DNA from: Azolla caroliniana | Taxonomy: Eukaryota > Plantae > Polypodiophyta | Assembly: GCA_043228905.1 (NCBI GenBank) | Contig: JBHGNT010000002.1 | Location: 12,028,001-12,092,000, forward strand | Length of the DNA: 64,000 bases | Direction of reading: 5' to 3' | Part shown: positions 21,589-32,932 of the stretch, piece after piece | How the letters are laid out: every line of letters starts with the position of its first letter | Position numbering within the stretch: position 1 is the first letter of the stretch | Position numbers and translations under genes: made by a program | Notes under the pieces: model-generated | Seen by the model: the letters and a program-made list of their open reading frames with translations, nothing else | Told to the model about the DNA's origin: nothing | Database searches by the model: none

Positions 21589-24500
21589 TTACCGAGGGGG
21601 ACGTGTGGCCTCCTTCGTGCCCGTGTCTGTGCGGTGAGACTCGGCGAAAGGGTTGGCTGGGGTATTTCCCTGGTACGGTCGTAGTGGGAATCCATTCACC
21701 CAGCTTTTGACTATTTCCCCAGCGAGGGTGTCGAGCTGGAACGTGCCGTTAAACTCGTCAATAATCCAAAAGGGGCCGGTCCATCGAAATCGTAACTTTC
21801 CTGGCATAGTACCGAGTCACGTCTGGAAAACGAGGACCGGTTTGCCTATGGTCAATTCTTGTTCCAATCCCTTCCGATGTCAGTCCACAAAGGCTTTTCA
21901 TTGGCGTTGGCACTGTTCAAGTTGGGCCATGCTCGCTACTCGGTCCTCACCAAGTTCGAGGAGTTGTTCCAACCTCAATTGTTCAGATTGGGCATCGGGA
22001 AATCGTGCTTTAACTTGCACTCGAAGACTCGGGACTTGGAACTCGATGGGCATAACAGCTTCTAGACCAAAAGCCATCCGAAAGGGGGTGGATTGAATGC
22101 TCGTTTTGAATGTCATGCGGTAAGCCCACAGTGCACTCTGGAGCTTGTCATCCCAATCGGTGCGGTTCTCGTTGACGAACTTCTTCAGGATTGTTTGGAG
22201 AATTTTGTTAGTCAATTCTGCCAATTCGTTTGCGTGCGGGTAGTATGGTGTGCTTTTCTTATGTACCACTGCGTAGTGAGTTGTAAGCTCGCGTATTATA
22301 TGGTTTATAAAGTGCCCACCTTGGTCACTAACGAGCTCAATTGGAGATCCATAACGGCACCAAAGATGTTCGTACACGAATTTGGTCGTGGACGATGCCG
22401 TGTTGTCTCGTAAACCCTTTGCCTCGACCCATTTTGTGCAGTAGTATGTGGCGACGATGATATACTTATTACCGGTTCGGGCCGCGGCTGGTTTGAAGGG
22501 TCCCACAAAATCTAACCCCCATTTTTGAAATGGTTCCAATGGAAGAAGGGGTTGGTGTGGCATTCGAGCTTGTTCCATCGGTTGTCCCAACCGTTGGCAC
22601 AAGTCGCACTGTCGGCATAACTCGTGGGCATCCTTTTTCGTTGTAGGCCACCATAACCCACTCTGCCATACTTTCCGTGCCGTGGACTCTCCGGCGTAGT
22701 GTCCGCCGGCGATTCCGAGGTGGGCCTCTTGGAGGATGGCCTTCTTCTCGAATTGTCGAATGGCCCGACGCCATATTCCGTCCGAGCCTTTATGATAGAG
22801 GATGTCGGAAACTAGACAAAAGTTGCAGCTACGTACTGCGAGTCGTTTCCGTACATCGAGGGCCATGTGGTCGGGAGGCAAGCTAGTACTAAGGAAATGG
22901 GTCATCTCCGTGATCCATTCATCTTCTTTGTCGTCGGTTAGCGTTGCGAGATGAAATAAGCCGGCATCGGGTAGATCGTCATATGTGGGCTCGATAGGGT
23001 CTCCGGACTCGAGGCGGCTTAGGTAATCGGCGACGGCGTGTTGAACTCTGGGTCGATGCTGTATATGAAAATCAAACTCTTGTAATAGGAGCATCCATCG
23101 GCTTGTTTATTAACCAGGTAGAGGAGGGCCGAGTGATCGACGTGAAAGGTGAATTTTCAGCCTAAGAGGTAATGCCCAAATTTACTGATGTTGTAGATCC
23201 TACCGAGGGCCTCCTGTTCGGTGGTTGAATAGTTCTTTTCCGCGGCCGAGAGACGTCGCATAATACACTGGCCGATACCAATTTGGGGGTGTGCATTGCA
23301 TAAGTGCACTCCCAATGGCAATATCTAATGCGTCCACAAAGGCGTGAAAAGGTTCCGACCATCTCAGGGGCTGTACAACTAGGGCATGCGAGAGCATTAA
23401 TTTCAATCCTTGGTAAGCCTCATCCTCGATTGAAGTCCATTGAAAGGGGAGTCGATGCACCGCTGCGTGTAGTGTTGTCACAAAATCGGCCAGGTGGCGT
23501 ATCATCCGGCTGTGCCATCTTATTTGTCCCAGAAATCGGCTGAGGCCTTTTGCGTTCAAGGGTGTCGGGGCTTTTAGGATGGCTTGTACTTTATCTGGGT
23601 CCATGGCGATACCTTCTGGACTGACGATGTGCCCGAGTAGGTTGTCGCTTGTGACCAAGAACGCACACTTTGCCGGGTTTAAACTTAACTGAGCCTGGCG
23701 ACATCAATCAAGACAGAGACGTAACTGGGTCATGTGTTCCAGTCGTTGACCATATATGGCGAAGTCGTCGAGAAAGACTTGCATGAACGCCGGGATATAC
23801 TCGTTAAAAATTTCGATGATGATGCACTAGAACGTGGCCGGCGCTGTTTTTAAACCGAACATCATGCCTTCTGCCACGAAAACACCCCATTCCGTGACAA
23901 ATGTTGTTTTCTCTTGATCATCCGGGTGCATTCTGATTTGGTTGTACCCACTAAACCCGTCTAGAAAGCTGTAGCATTCGTGACCTGCCACCGTGTCGAG
24001 AACACTATCCGTGAACGGGAGAGGGAATCCATCGGTGACCGTTGCAGCATTAAGCTTGCGGTAGTCCACACAAACTTGGATTTTCCCGTTTTTCTTGGGG
24101 ACGACTACAATTGGGCTTAACCATGTGCCGCGTTTTACCGGTCGTATGAACCTGACTCGGAGGAGCTTGTCTATTTCTTCCTTGACCTTAGCCGCATAAT
24201 TGGGGTTCATCCGGTATCGTCTTTGCTGAACCGGTTGAGTGTCCGGGAGAAGGTGGATCTGGTGTTGGTAGTATTGTGGGTCCAAACCCTTCATATCCAT
24301 GTAAGACCATGCGAATACATCCTAGTAATCGGTGAGTAAGTGGATGAGGGATGCTCGTTTGCCGGCTGGTAAGTTATTAGCAATCTGTAGGGTCCGAAGG
24401 GTCTTGTCCGAACCGAGGTTTAGTGTTTCGAGCGTTGATGCCTTCACATGTTGGGAGATGGCGAGTTCACGTTCAAAAGCATCCCGAGCGTGTCATAATT

Positions 24501-27280
24501 CGGCAATGGTGGTGGGATCGGGCTCATCCTGGGGAGGTGTATTCACCGTGACCTCCTCGTCTAGAGGTGTGCCGACGACCGACATGGAGTCGATTTCGAA
24601 GAGAGGTATGATAGTGGGATGGTCTTCTAGGAAATCGTCCACCTCGTCATCGACTAATCCGTCGAGCATGTGCACCCCTTCCGTGTATAACAGCAAGGTG
24701 TTGTGGGGCGTGGTTACGCGTTCTTCAGTTATGATCCGGACCTTGGTCTTTCCTCGGCGAAACGAGATCATGTTGCGCTGCCAATGTTGTTTGATATTGG
24801 TTGTGCGCAACCATGGTCTGCCCAGTAACATTGGGTAAGCCCCCTGTGCTTCGAGTCGTAAGACAACAGCCGAGATAGTGAACATGTGGCCTCCTAGAGT
24901 AAAATCGAGGTGGCAGATTAATCCGATGGGGCGAACCGATCGTGTGTCGGCCATCCGAAGCCAAAAGGGGCAAGGTTCCCATTGATTCAGGCCGAGTTTA
25001 CGATAGGTAGCCTCGTTGATGACATTCACGCCAAAGCAGTCGTCGATTATGCACCCGTGTAGGTCCTTCCCTTTAATCATAATTTTTATGGCTGGATTCT
25101 GCGCATCCATGAGAGGTGGACCCGTTCCTGGCTCGGTCAGGTGCACAGGTGGTGCGGTGGACTGTTTGTTGGCCGTGAGTGAAGCCAAGGTGTCCCGAAA
25201 ACAGTGGTAAGAGTTTATGCAGAGGTAAGCAAATCCTGGAATTGGTAAGGGCGTCCCACAGCTAGTCATCTTTTGCCGTTGTGGATGGAGCCGAGGACTG
25301 TGTTGCTCCGATGGTCGCGTCTCCCATTTCCGTGTGCATCCGCACCACATTGTTTTTGTTGGTCGTATCCATCCATTCTTTGGCTGCTTGCCGGACGTCG
25401 TCCTGAACTTGCCATGGGGTAGCCTAGCCTTTGTTGTGTGTTGTGACGTTTTGTACGTCAGCCATAATACTTACTATTCACGGTAGGAGCCTTTCCGCGG
25501 TCTGTTGTTGGGCATTGTGTAGCGTAGTGACCGGGTTGGTTGCACTTGAAGCAGGTAACGTCGGCCGAGTTGCTGGTGCCAGCCCGATCCCTAGGGTGCG
25601 GTTGATTCCCGACCTCGTGTGTTTGTGGGTTGGTCCAGGGCACGGTTGAGCTGCGCGGTTCATTAAGCAGTGGGTCCCGACGACGGTTGTCATTATTCCT
25701 TTGGTTATTGCGCGATCCTCGGTGAAAGTTGCGCCGATCATTACAGAAATTTCTCTAATCGTAACGGTCATCCTCATCCTCTTCATTCCGATCATAATCG
25801 TCGTTTGCCCGATACTGGTCATCGTGATAGCGATCACAGCGGTCGTTCGATCTCCGTCGGTTGTCGTTTCGGTAACAGTCGTCGTCCCGACGGGGTGCGG
25901 TTGATTCCCGGCCTTGTGTGTTTGTGGGTTGGTCCAGGGCACGGTCGAGCTGCGCGGTTCATTGTGCGGTGGGTCCCGATGACGGTTGTCATTATTCCTT
26001 CGGTTATTGCGCGATCCTCGGTGAAAGTTGCGCCGATCATTACGGAAATTTCTCTAATCGTAACGGTCATCCTGATCCTCTTCATTCCGATCATAATCGT
26101 CGTTTGCCCGATACTGGTCATCGTGATAGCGATCACAGCGGTCGTTCGATCTCCGTCGGTTGTCGTTTCGGTAACGGTCGTCGTCCCGACGGTAATCGTC
26201 GTTATGGCGCCGTCTATCCGGCGATCGCGGTCATTGGTTATCCTGGTTCCGGTAGGATTGGCGCTCGTCCTGATGAGAGTATGTATCCCAAGGCTCGATC
26301 TGGCGAACCGGAGCCGTCGTTGTGCGGTTGAACGGATTGTATTCGCAGTGTTCGACAGTGTGGGATCGAGACTGGCAGATCGGACATTGTGGTCGGTGAG
26401 GACATTCGAGGGCCAAATGGCCCGATCCCAAACAAACAGTGCATTGGAGGGCGTGGCGAAAGCGATTGTCCTCTTGGGGAAGGGCGCTTTGCAGTGAATT
26501 CATAGTGAAATAATTGCTTTGCTAAGTCCGATCGAGGGCGAGGATGCGCGCTATGACTTGCTCGATCATTTGGTTGTCAAAATTAGTAAGTGCAAGAGTC
26601 ATTCATACAGGCTCCCGTAGGCTGGACAGGAATGCGTCCGGAATGTGTTGTGCAGAGACATCGTCGGCCACTTGTTTGTAGAGATCCCGGAACCAGATCG
26701 TGAACTGTGTGACCATCTCGTGCGGTTCTTGTCACATGGAGAAGAACTGTCGGAGCAATTCTCGTTTGGACACCTCACGATGGAACAGTTCTAGGAACTG
26801 TGTGCGAACGTCATGGAAGGTGCCAAACTCCCCTGTGTCGAGGCCAGAATACCATCGCGCAGCTGGTCCATTGAGGGATAGCGTAAACTTGGCAATTTTT
26901 GAGGCCTCGATTTCGATAGGCGAGAGGCGCTGGGTTGAGTGGTTGGCCTGACAGGTGGACACGAAGGCACAGATGTGTGACTAAGCGTCGGGGTTGTCGG
27001 TGTATCGTGGGTAAGGATACGGCATGGTATCGAATTTAGAGTCTTCCGGTAAAGCCAGAAAAGGGTTAGGGTTAGGGTGGGTGACCTCTGGAGGGCTTGG
27101 TGGGGAGGTTGGTGTGGACTCGAGTCATGACCGAGTAGCAAGTGGCGAGGATTGCAACCGGTGAGCCTCTGATGTTTTTGGGAAGGACTGGTCCGTGACC
27201 GCCAAGTCGGAAGTGCCTTCGACTAGCTCAGGGCGTCGGCCAGATGGCCGAGACCGCTTGATGCGATTGGGCGGAGGTGC
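21589..27280 (-). pseudogene. Gypsy gag-pol (gag, 3 CCHC knuckles, protease, RT, RNase H, integrase), disrupted
   Basis: CTVCLGSGHLALEC, CPICQSRSHTVEHC, CFKCNQPGHYATQC; WLSPIVVVPKKNGK..VDYRKLN..SFLDGFSGYNQI; FLDDF; GGHYAG..CDLCQR, WGLDFVGP. Confidence 0.95.
25594..26191. repeat. 299-bp tandem duplication inside gag
   Basis: Anchors GGGTGCGG at 25594 and 25893, TGGGTCCCGA at 25671 and 25970. Confidence 0.92.
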
Positions 27281-27687
27281 ACGGAGGTGTCGTTAGGGGG
27301 AGAACACAGAGAGCATACCCGGAATAGAGCCTGGGTCGTATACGTAGTTGAGACCTTAAAAGCGATGACACATAGATGAAAACAACAAGAGCTATAGATA
27401 TGTATTACTGCAATAGTTAGCGATGATTACAAAAGAACACGGCCCACAGCCGGTTGCCTTACAAAGCTCTTATAACTATGAACCGACCTCCCTAGGCTCT
27501 AGATATCTCCCTCCAATCCAGGTATGCAGACCTCGGTTTATATACTTCTTTTCCTTCATACAGCGTCGAGCAGTCGGCTGACTGTGAGGCTCGAAACTCG
27601 GCATTTTACCTAATTCTCCCTTACCTACTCGCCTTACTTCCGGCGTATTATATTTAACTAATTTCTATTTTTGGCCTACGGACAACA
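27280..27687 (-). repeat. 5' LTR of gypsy element, lacking ~81 bp of its U5 end
   Basis: Aligns to 17479-17888 only; fused directly to the first codons of gag. Confidence 0.9.
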
Positions 27688-27865
27688 ACGCGTAGTTGCT
27701 CCGGTCGAGCTTCTTTGTAGGAAGTGAACTCGCCATACCTCTGTCCATTTTTATTTTTATTTTTATTTTTCTCTGTCTACTGTTCTGTTCTCACAACCTG
27801 TAGGGTTTGTCTTGCGAAAGCAAATGTTGGCTGTAGGGGTCTTCAACCCTTGCGCTCTGATACCA

Positions 27866-27915
27866 TGTGGAAGCGTATGGGTGGAAGCATAAGACAACAG
27901 ATTGGTTGCGTAGCA

Positions 27916-27955
<40 letters not shown>

Positions 27956-28310
27956 ATACACAGAATACAGAGAACACTCGGGAGACACAGAGAGAACAGA
28001 ACAAGAATCTAAATTCAAAAATTATATCAAGACTCTGCACATAGAACGTGCTCAAAAGCACTATTTATACAAGTCCTGAGAGGACTAACAGAAGTACCGC
28101 GTACTTCAATGCTCACTCAAGCATCTGGCACTGACTACGAGACTATTAACTCCCTAGTAATCTAGCTGCTAGTAGGCTTCCAGTTACTGATAGATCCAGC
28201 TAACTGACTCACTTGCTCACCGGGTCACCGATCCGGCTCATCCTTCCGGATGTTGATCCGACTCGGGCTTATTCAGCCAATCCGGATCCAGTTGAGCTTG
28301 CCGCTCAAGA
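27866..28310 (-). repeat. 5' LTR (445 bp) of copia element 12900-28310
   Basis: Adjacent to the iMet PBS; (GA)n tract; outer end ctcaaga (mutated from ctcaaca). Confidence 0.85.
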
Positions 28311-30059
28311 ATTACTCTATTCCATATTACTGCGCTCTTGTCCGTCGGTTACTATTCCGGTGGACAACATACACCTCCTCGTCTAATTCGCCTTGAAGAA
28401 AGGCATTCTTGACGTCCATTTGGTGGAGGTGCCACCCTTTTGCCGTTGCAAGTGCGATCACGGTCCGCACCGTCGTCATCTTTGCCACCGGGGCAAAAGT
28501 CTCTTCGTAGTCAACGCCATGTGTTTGTGCGTATCCTTTTGCTACGAGTCGAGCGTTGTAGCGGTTGACGGAGCCGTCGGCATTATACTTCACCTTGTAG
28601 ATCCATCTACATCCGATCGCCTTTCTATGCGGTGAGTGGGGAACGATATCCCATGTGTCCTTCTTGCATAGTGCATGCATCTCCTCGTTCATTGCTTCGA
28701 TCCATCGTGGGTCCTTCGCGGCTTTGGAAAAGGTTTCCGGCTCTCGTACTGTTGCGACCTTCATCATAAAGACGTAATGGTATGCCATATAATCGTTGTA
28801 GCTGAATTGGCTTATGGGGTTCTTTTCACGGGTGGATCGACGGAGCTTCTCGTCTGCGAATACTATGGCTTTCTCCGCTCCATTTGTCCGGATCTCAAGG
28901 CCTTCGAACTCACTATCGAGGGAGTGAGTCGATTTGTTGTCGTTGAAGCGATCGTCTTCATACTCCGGCATTTTCACCTTCCCTTTGTCCAACTTCGGGC
29001 TTGGTCGAGATTTGTTTTGATCACTCAAAGGCTCTTGTAGTCCACTCAGTCGTGTCGTGATCAGACTTCCTTCGAACATGTGCATAAGGCGATCTTCATC
29101 CTCTATCTCTTGTTCAGCAGATTCCGGGTCGAGCGGAATCGGAGTTGAAGTTGTCTCTGGTGCGTACCAGGATGCGGACTCGTCAAAAATGACATCTCGA
29201 CTTACTCGAGATTTTCGAGTTGAGGGGTTGTAGCACTTGTACCCCTTTTTCTCCAATGAGTATCCTATGAGGATACATTTCTCTGACTTCGGGTCAATCT
29301 TTTGACGCTTCTCGTCAGGGATGTGCACGTACGCAATGGAGCCGAATATCCGAACATGCGATAAGTCCATCTTCTTTCCGAAGAACTTCTCGTGCGGAGT
29401 AAGTTTGTGCACACCCGATGTCATACACCGATTCATGAGATAGACGGCCGTGTTAGCTGCTTCCGCCCAATACGATTTCGGCATGTGCTTTTCGTTAAGC
29501 ATAGCCTGTGCCACTTCGAGGATGTGCCGATTCTTGCGTTCGGCCACTACGTTTTGTTGTGGCGTATGTTGACACGAAAACTCTCGTCGTATTCCTTCTT
29601 TTCGTAGAAACACCGAAAATTCGTCGAAGAAGTACTCCTTGCCTCCATCCGACCAAAGACATCGTACATGTCGGCTCGTGGCTTTCTCGACTTCATTCTT
29701 AAACTTTTGGAAGTGTCCGAACACTTCGCTCTTTTGTCACATTGGGTAGATCCAAGTGTGCCTAGAAAAGTCGTCGATGAAGGTCACGTAGTATCGGCAT
29801 CCGCCGAATGACGTCGTTGTCGTGAAAATATGACGAGGATACGTGAACTTGAGGCAGGACCCCGGGGCCTCCGATCGGAAGATATCAGATTCGTATGATT
29901 ATATTAAACAATTAATACAAAATGAGAAAGATTCACAAATTTCATTAATAAAGGGAAAGAAAGATTACAATCAATCTCAAGATTGAGATTACAAAAAAGT
30001 TTAGCTAATGGAGATGGCTAGAGTAATAGATTAGAAGAAATTAAGATATGAATTCTATA

Positions 30060-30995
30060 GAAAATTAGGGTTTTTGGCTTTGATAAGAGATTATGGTTTT
30101 ATGAGTTGAATAGCTTCCGTATGGAAATTTAGGGTTATGAGTAAGATATGGCTTCCGTAGGGAAAATTAGGGTTTTGAGTTCGGTAAGGAAATTTACGGT
30201 TTATGAGAGTTATGGCTTCCCTAAGATAAGGGAGCTGAGATGGAAAAGAAAATTAATTAAGATAATATGGAGAGAGCCTGAGTGTAGGAAAAAAAATGGA
30301 ATTTTATATGGAGTTCTCCCTTGATCATCTGCATGTCCACTTTTTGTTGCATGGCCTCTACTTTTAGTTGCTTAGCTTTTTCTTTTAGTTGCATCTATTT
30401 TTAGTTGCATGGCTTTTTCTTTTAGTTGCATGCGACCATCCACATGACCTTTACTTTTTGCATGCAATCCAACTTTAGTTGCTTGCATCCACATGGCCTT
30501 TACTTTAGTTCTCTTCACTTTACTTTAGTTTGTTGCATGATCCAATCTTCCGTCTGTCCGCATCCAACCTCGTCCGGTAGCCGGTTCCGCCCGATCGCCG
30601 AATCCCTCGCCGGCCGGTTCCATTCTGTTTGCTGGCCGGTTCCATTTTGCTTGCCGGTTCCGATTCCGATTTTGCTTGCTGGCCGGTTCCGATTTGCTTC
30701 CTGGTTCCGGTTCCGATTTTGCTTACCGGCCGGTTTCCGGTTTCCGGTTTTGCTTACCGACCAATTTCCGGATTTGCTTACAAGCCGGTTTTGCTTGCCG
30801 ACCGGTTACGGTTCCGGTCCCGGTTTTCTTGCCGGTTCCGGTTCCGGTTTTGCTTACCGACCAGTTTCCGGATTTGCTTACCGGCCGATTTTTGGTTTGC
30901 ATACCGGCCGGTTTCCAGATTTGCTTACCAACCGATTTCCGGATTTGCTTACCGGCCGATTTCCAAATTTGCTTACCGACCGGTTTTCGGTTTCT
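30060..30995. repeat. Three repeat blocks in the LTR: AAATTAGGGTT telo-box-like (30060-30230), TTTAGTTGC (30330-30540), ~25-bp TTTGCTTACCGGCCGGTTTCCGGA (30580-30995)
   Basis: Direct reading. Confidence 0.85.
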
Positions 30996-31819
30996 TTGGG
31001 AACTTGGCCACCATCATCCATCAAGACAAAGTGGCCAAAGTGCTCTTAACACAAATGAAAAATGAGGGAGCTCAAGGTGTTTATATAGACAGGGCCTTAA
31101 GTTTTCTATCTATGTGGGATAGTTCTAATTTACCTATCTTTTTTTCCATAAAAAATATGTTCCATTGGTATTAAAATTGACAATGCCAAAGGCAATCTAC
31201 AAATTGTACATAATAGTTTCCACTCCATAAGTATATATCGTAAAAAAAGGGACCAAATAATGATGGCATTTGTTATGGCCTCTAAAAAACATCATGTTGC
31301 AGCCAACATTGGCTGAATGTGATTCCACATATACTAAAGCTCTTTAGTATACCCATATTCAACCTATAAACAAATTCCAGCGGTCCAAGTGAATACATAT
31401 CTTGGTGGTAATCATGGGTAGTAGTCTAAAAACTCCATGTTTGCATTTGGTTCCGCATGTACTAAAGTTGTTCACCATCACCTGGTTGTCCAATAGCTGT
31501 TCCCGTTCCTTGGCCTTTAATTTTCCCTTGTGAATGTCCTTTTGTACCACTTAGGTAATACCAAACTGCTCTCTCCAATCAAGCCATTGAGGTAATCTGC
31601 TACTTCTTGGCCGTAGTCTTCTTCAAGCTGACTTTCCAAGCTCATAAATCTGTCCAACCTCTTGTATCTTTGTCTGTCTTTTCCCATGCAAGATTGAACC
31701 TTCCTCGGCTGTTGCCGTTGAAAACACAACACCAAAACAGTCCCTGCAGCACCTGTCACTTTGAAGCAACCATGATAATCTCTACCAACTCAGAACAGCC
31801 ATACATTGATTAGACCATA

Positions 31820-32932
31820 ATCTCATCACAACCATTCTTCATTTAACCCACATCAGTCATGTCTCCGATTAACGTCATTGCCCAAAAACCCCAAAAATCT
31901 GTGATAAGAATAAAATCCGTCTAAAAATTCCTCACCCACTCGTGATGATTGGCTTCGACCCTCCCCACCATCTTCACTCATCCTCACCACAAATATTTCT
32001 TCCTTTAGTCGACATCAGCCATCTCACCGATTAACCTGGTTCCAATGTCCACGCATATCCTGTATAATCAACAAAAACTTAGGTTAAAACATGTCCTCAC
32101 CCACTCCTGCACATTGGCTTCGACCCTCCCCACCATCTTCACTCATCCTTAACACAATAATTCTTCATTCAGTCGACATCAGCCATCTCACCAAATACCA
32201 CGGTGGCAATGTCCACGCATATCCTGTATTGATCAACACAAAATTAATGTAAACATTTCCTCACCCACTCGTTATAGTCGGCCTCACCCTCCCCACCATC
32301 TTCACTCATCCTTAACACAGAAATTCTTCATACAGTCGACATCAGCCATCTCACCAATTAACACGGTGGCAATGTCCACGCATATCCTGTATTGATCAAC
32401 ACAAAATTAGTGTAAACATTTTCTCACCCACTCGTTATAGTCGGCTTCACCCTCCCCACCATCTTCACTCAACCTTATCACTTTCACACAGAAAATTTCT
32501 TCGTTCAATCCACATCAACCGTCTAGCCAATTATCGTCATGACCAATGTCCACGAAAAAACCTGTATCAATAACAAAACAGTTAATCTCAAAGTTTCCTC
32601 ACTCATGATAGACGGCTTCGACCCCCCCGCCATCTTCCCTCATCCTTATCACAAAACAAGAAATTCTTCATTCAGTCCACGTCAGCCCTCTTGCCGATTA
32701 ACATCTTGCACTGTTGATGAAAAACCTGTATTAAAAACAAAAATTAGTGTAAAAATTCCCCACCCACTCACGATTGTCGACTATGACCCCGCCACCATAC
32801 CCCATCCTTTTCTCTTACACATTCTTCCTTCTTTCCACATCAGCCCTCTCGTCGATTAGCTTGTTGCCAATGTCCGTGGAAAACCTGTATTTACAACACA
32901 AAAACAGTTTACACTTTCCTCACGCACTCATC
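31820..32932. repeat. ~7 diverged copies of a 160-175-bp tandem repeat in the LINE 3' region
   Basis: CTCACCCACT-like anchor at 31931, 32096, 32260, 32423, ~32598, ~32759, 32919. Confidence 0.9.

Larger units (their letters stand above)
17398..27687 (-). mobile_element. Non-chromoviral Ty3/gypsy LTR retrotransposon with extra 3' ORF
   Basis: Perfect TSD ACGCG (17393-17397, 27688-27692); LTRs 17398-17888 and ~27280-27687; gag-PR-RT-RH-IN order; no chromodomain seen. Confidence 0.95.
12900..28310 (-). mobile_element. Ty1/copia element lacking a 3' LTR, with gag interrupted by gypsy element 17398-27687
   Basis: 5' LTR 27866-28310, PBS TGGTATCAGAGC 27854-27865, gag MASSLPTKKLDRSNYA|SWSYKM rejoined across the insert, protease WYVDSGASNHM, integrase, RT LLYVDDL, RNase H. 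Confidence 0.9.

Noticed and set aside
17889-27280. Simple inversion of the internal region explaining the misplaced PBS
   Set aside because: Disfavoured, not excluded: the LTR end homologous to the sister element's PBS-proximal end is 17398, the TATA and TTGTAAT layout fits the minus strand, and no inverted PPT or LTR remnant is seen at the left junction
30426-31174. Overlapping ORFs of 129-207 aa
   Set aside because: Products of a stop-poor tandem repeat, open in all three frames
30580-32932. Repeat arrays (25-bp, 165-bp; also 54-bp elsewhere) as CRISPR arrays
   Set aside because: Head-to-tail repeats without unique spacers, no cas genes, eukaryotic transposon context
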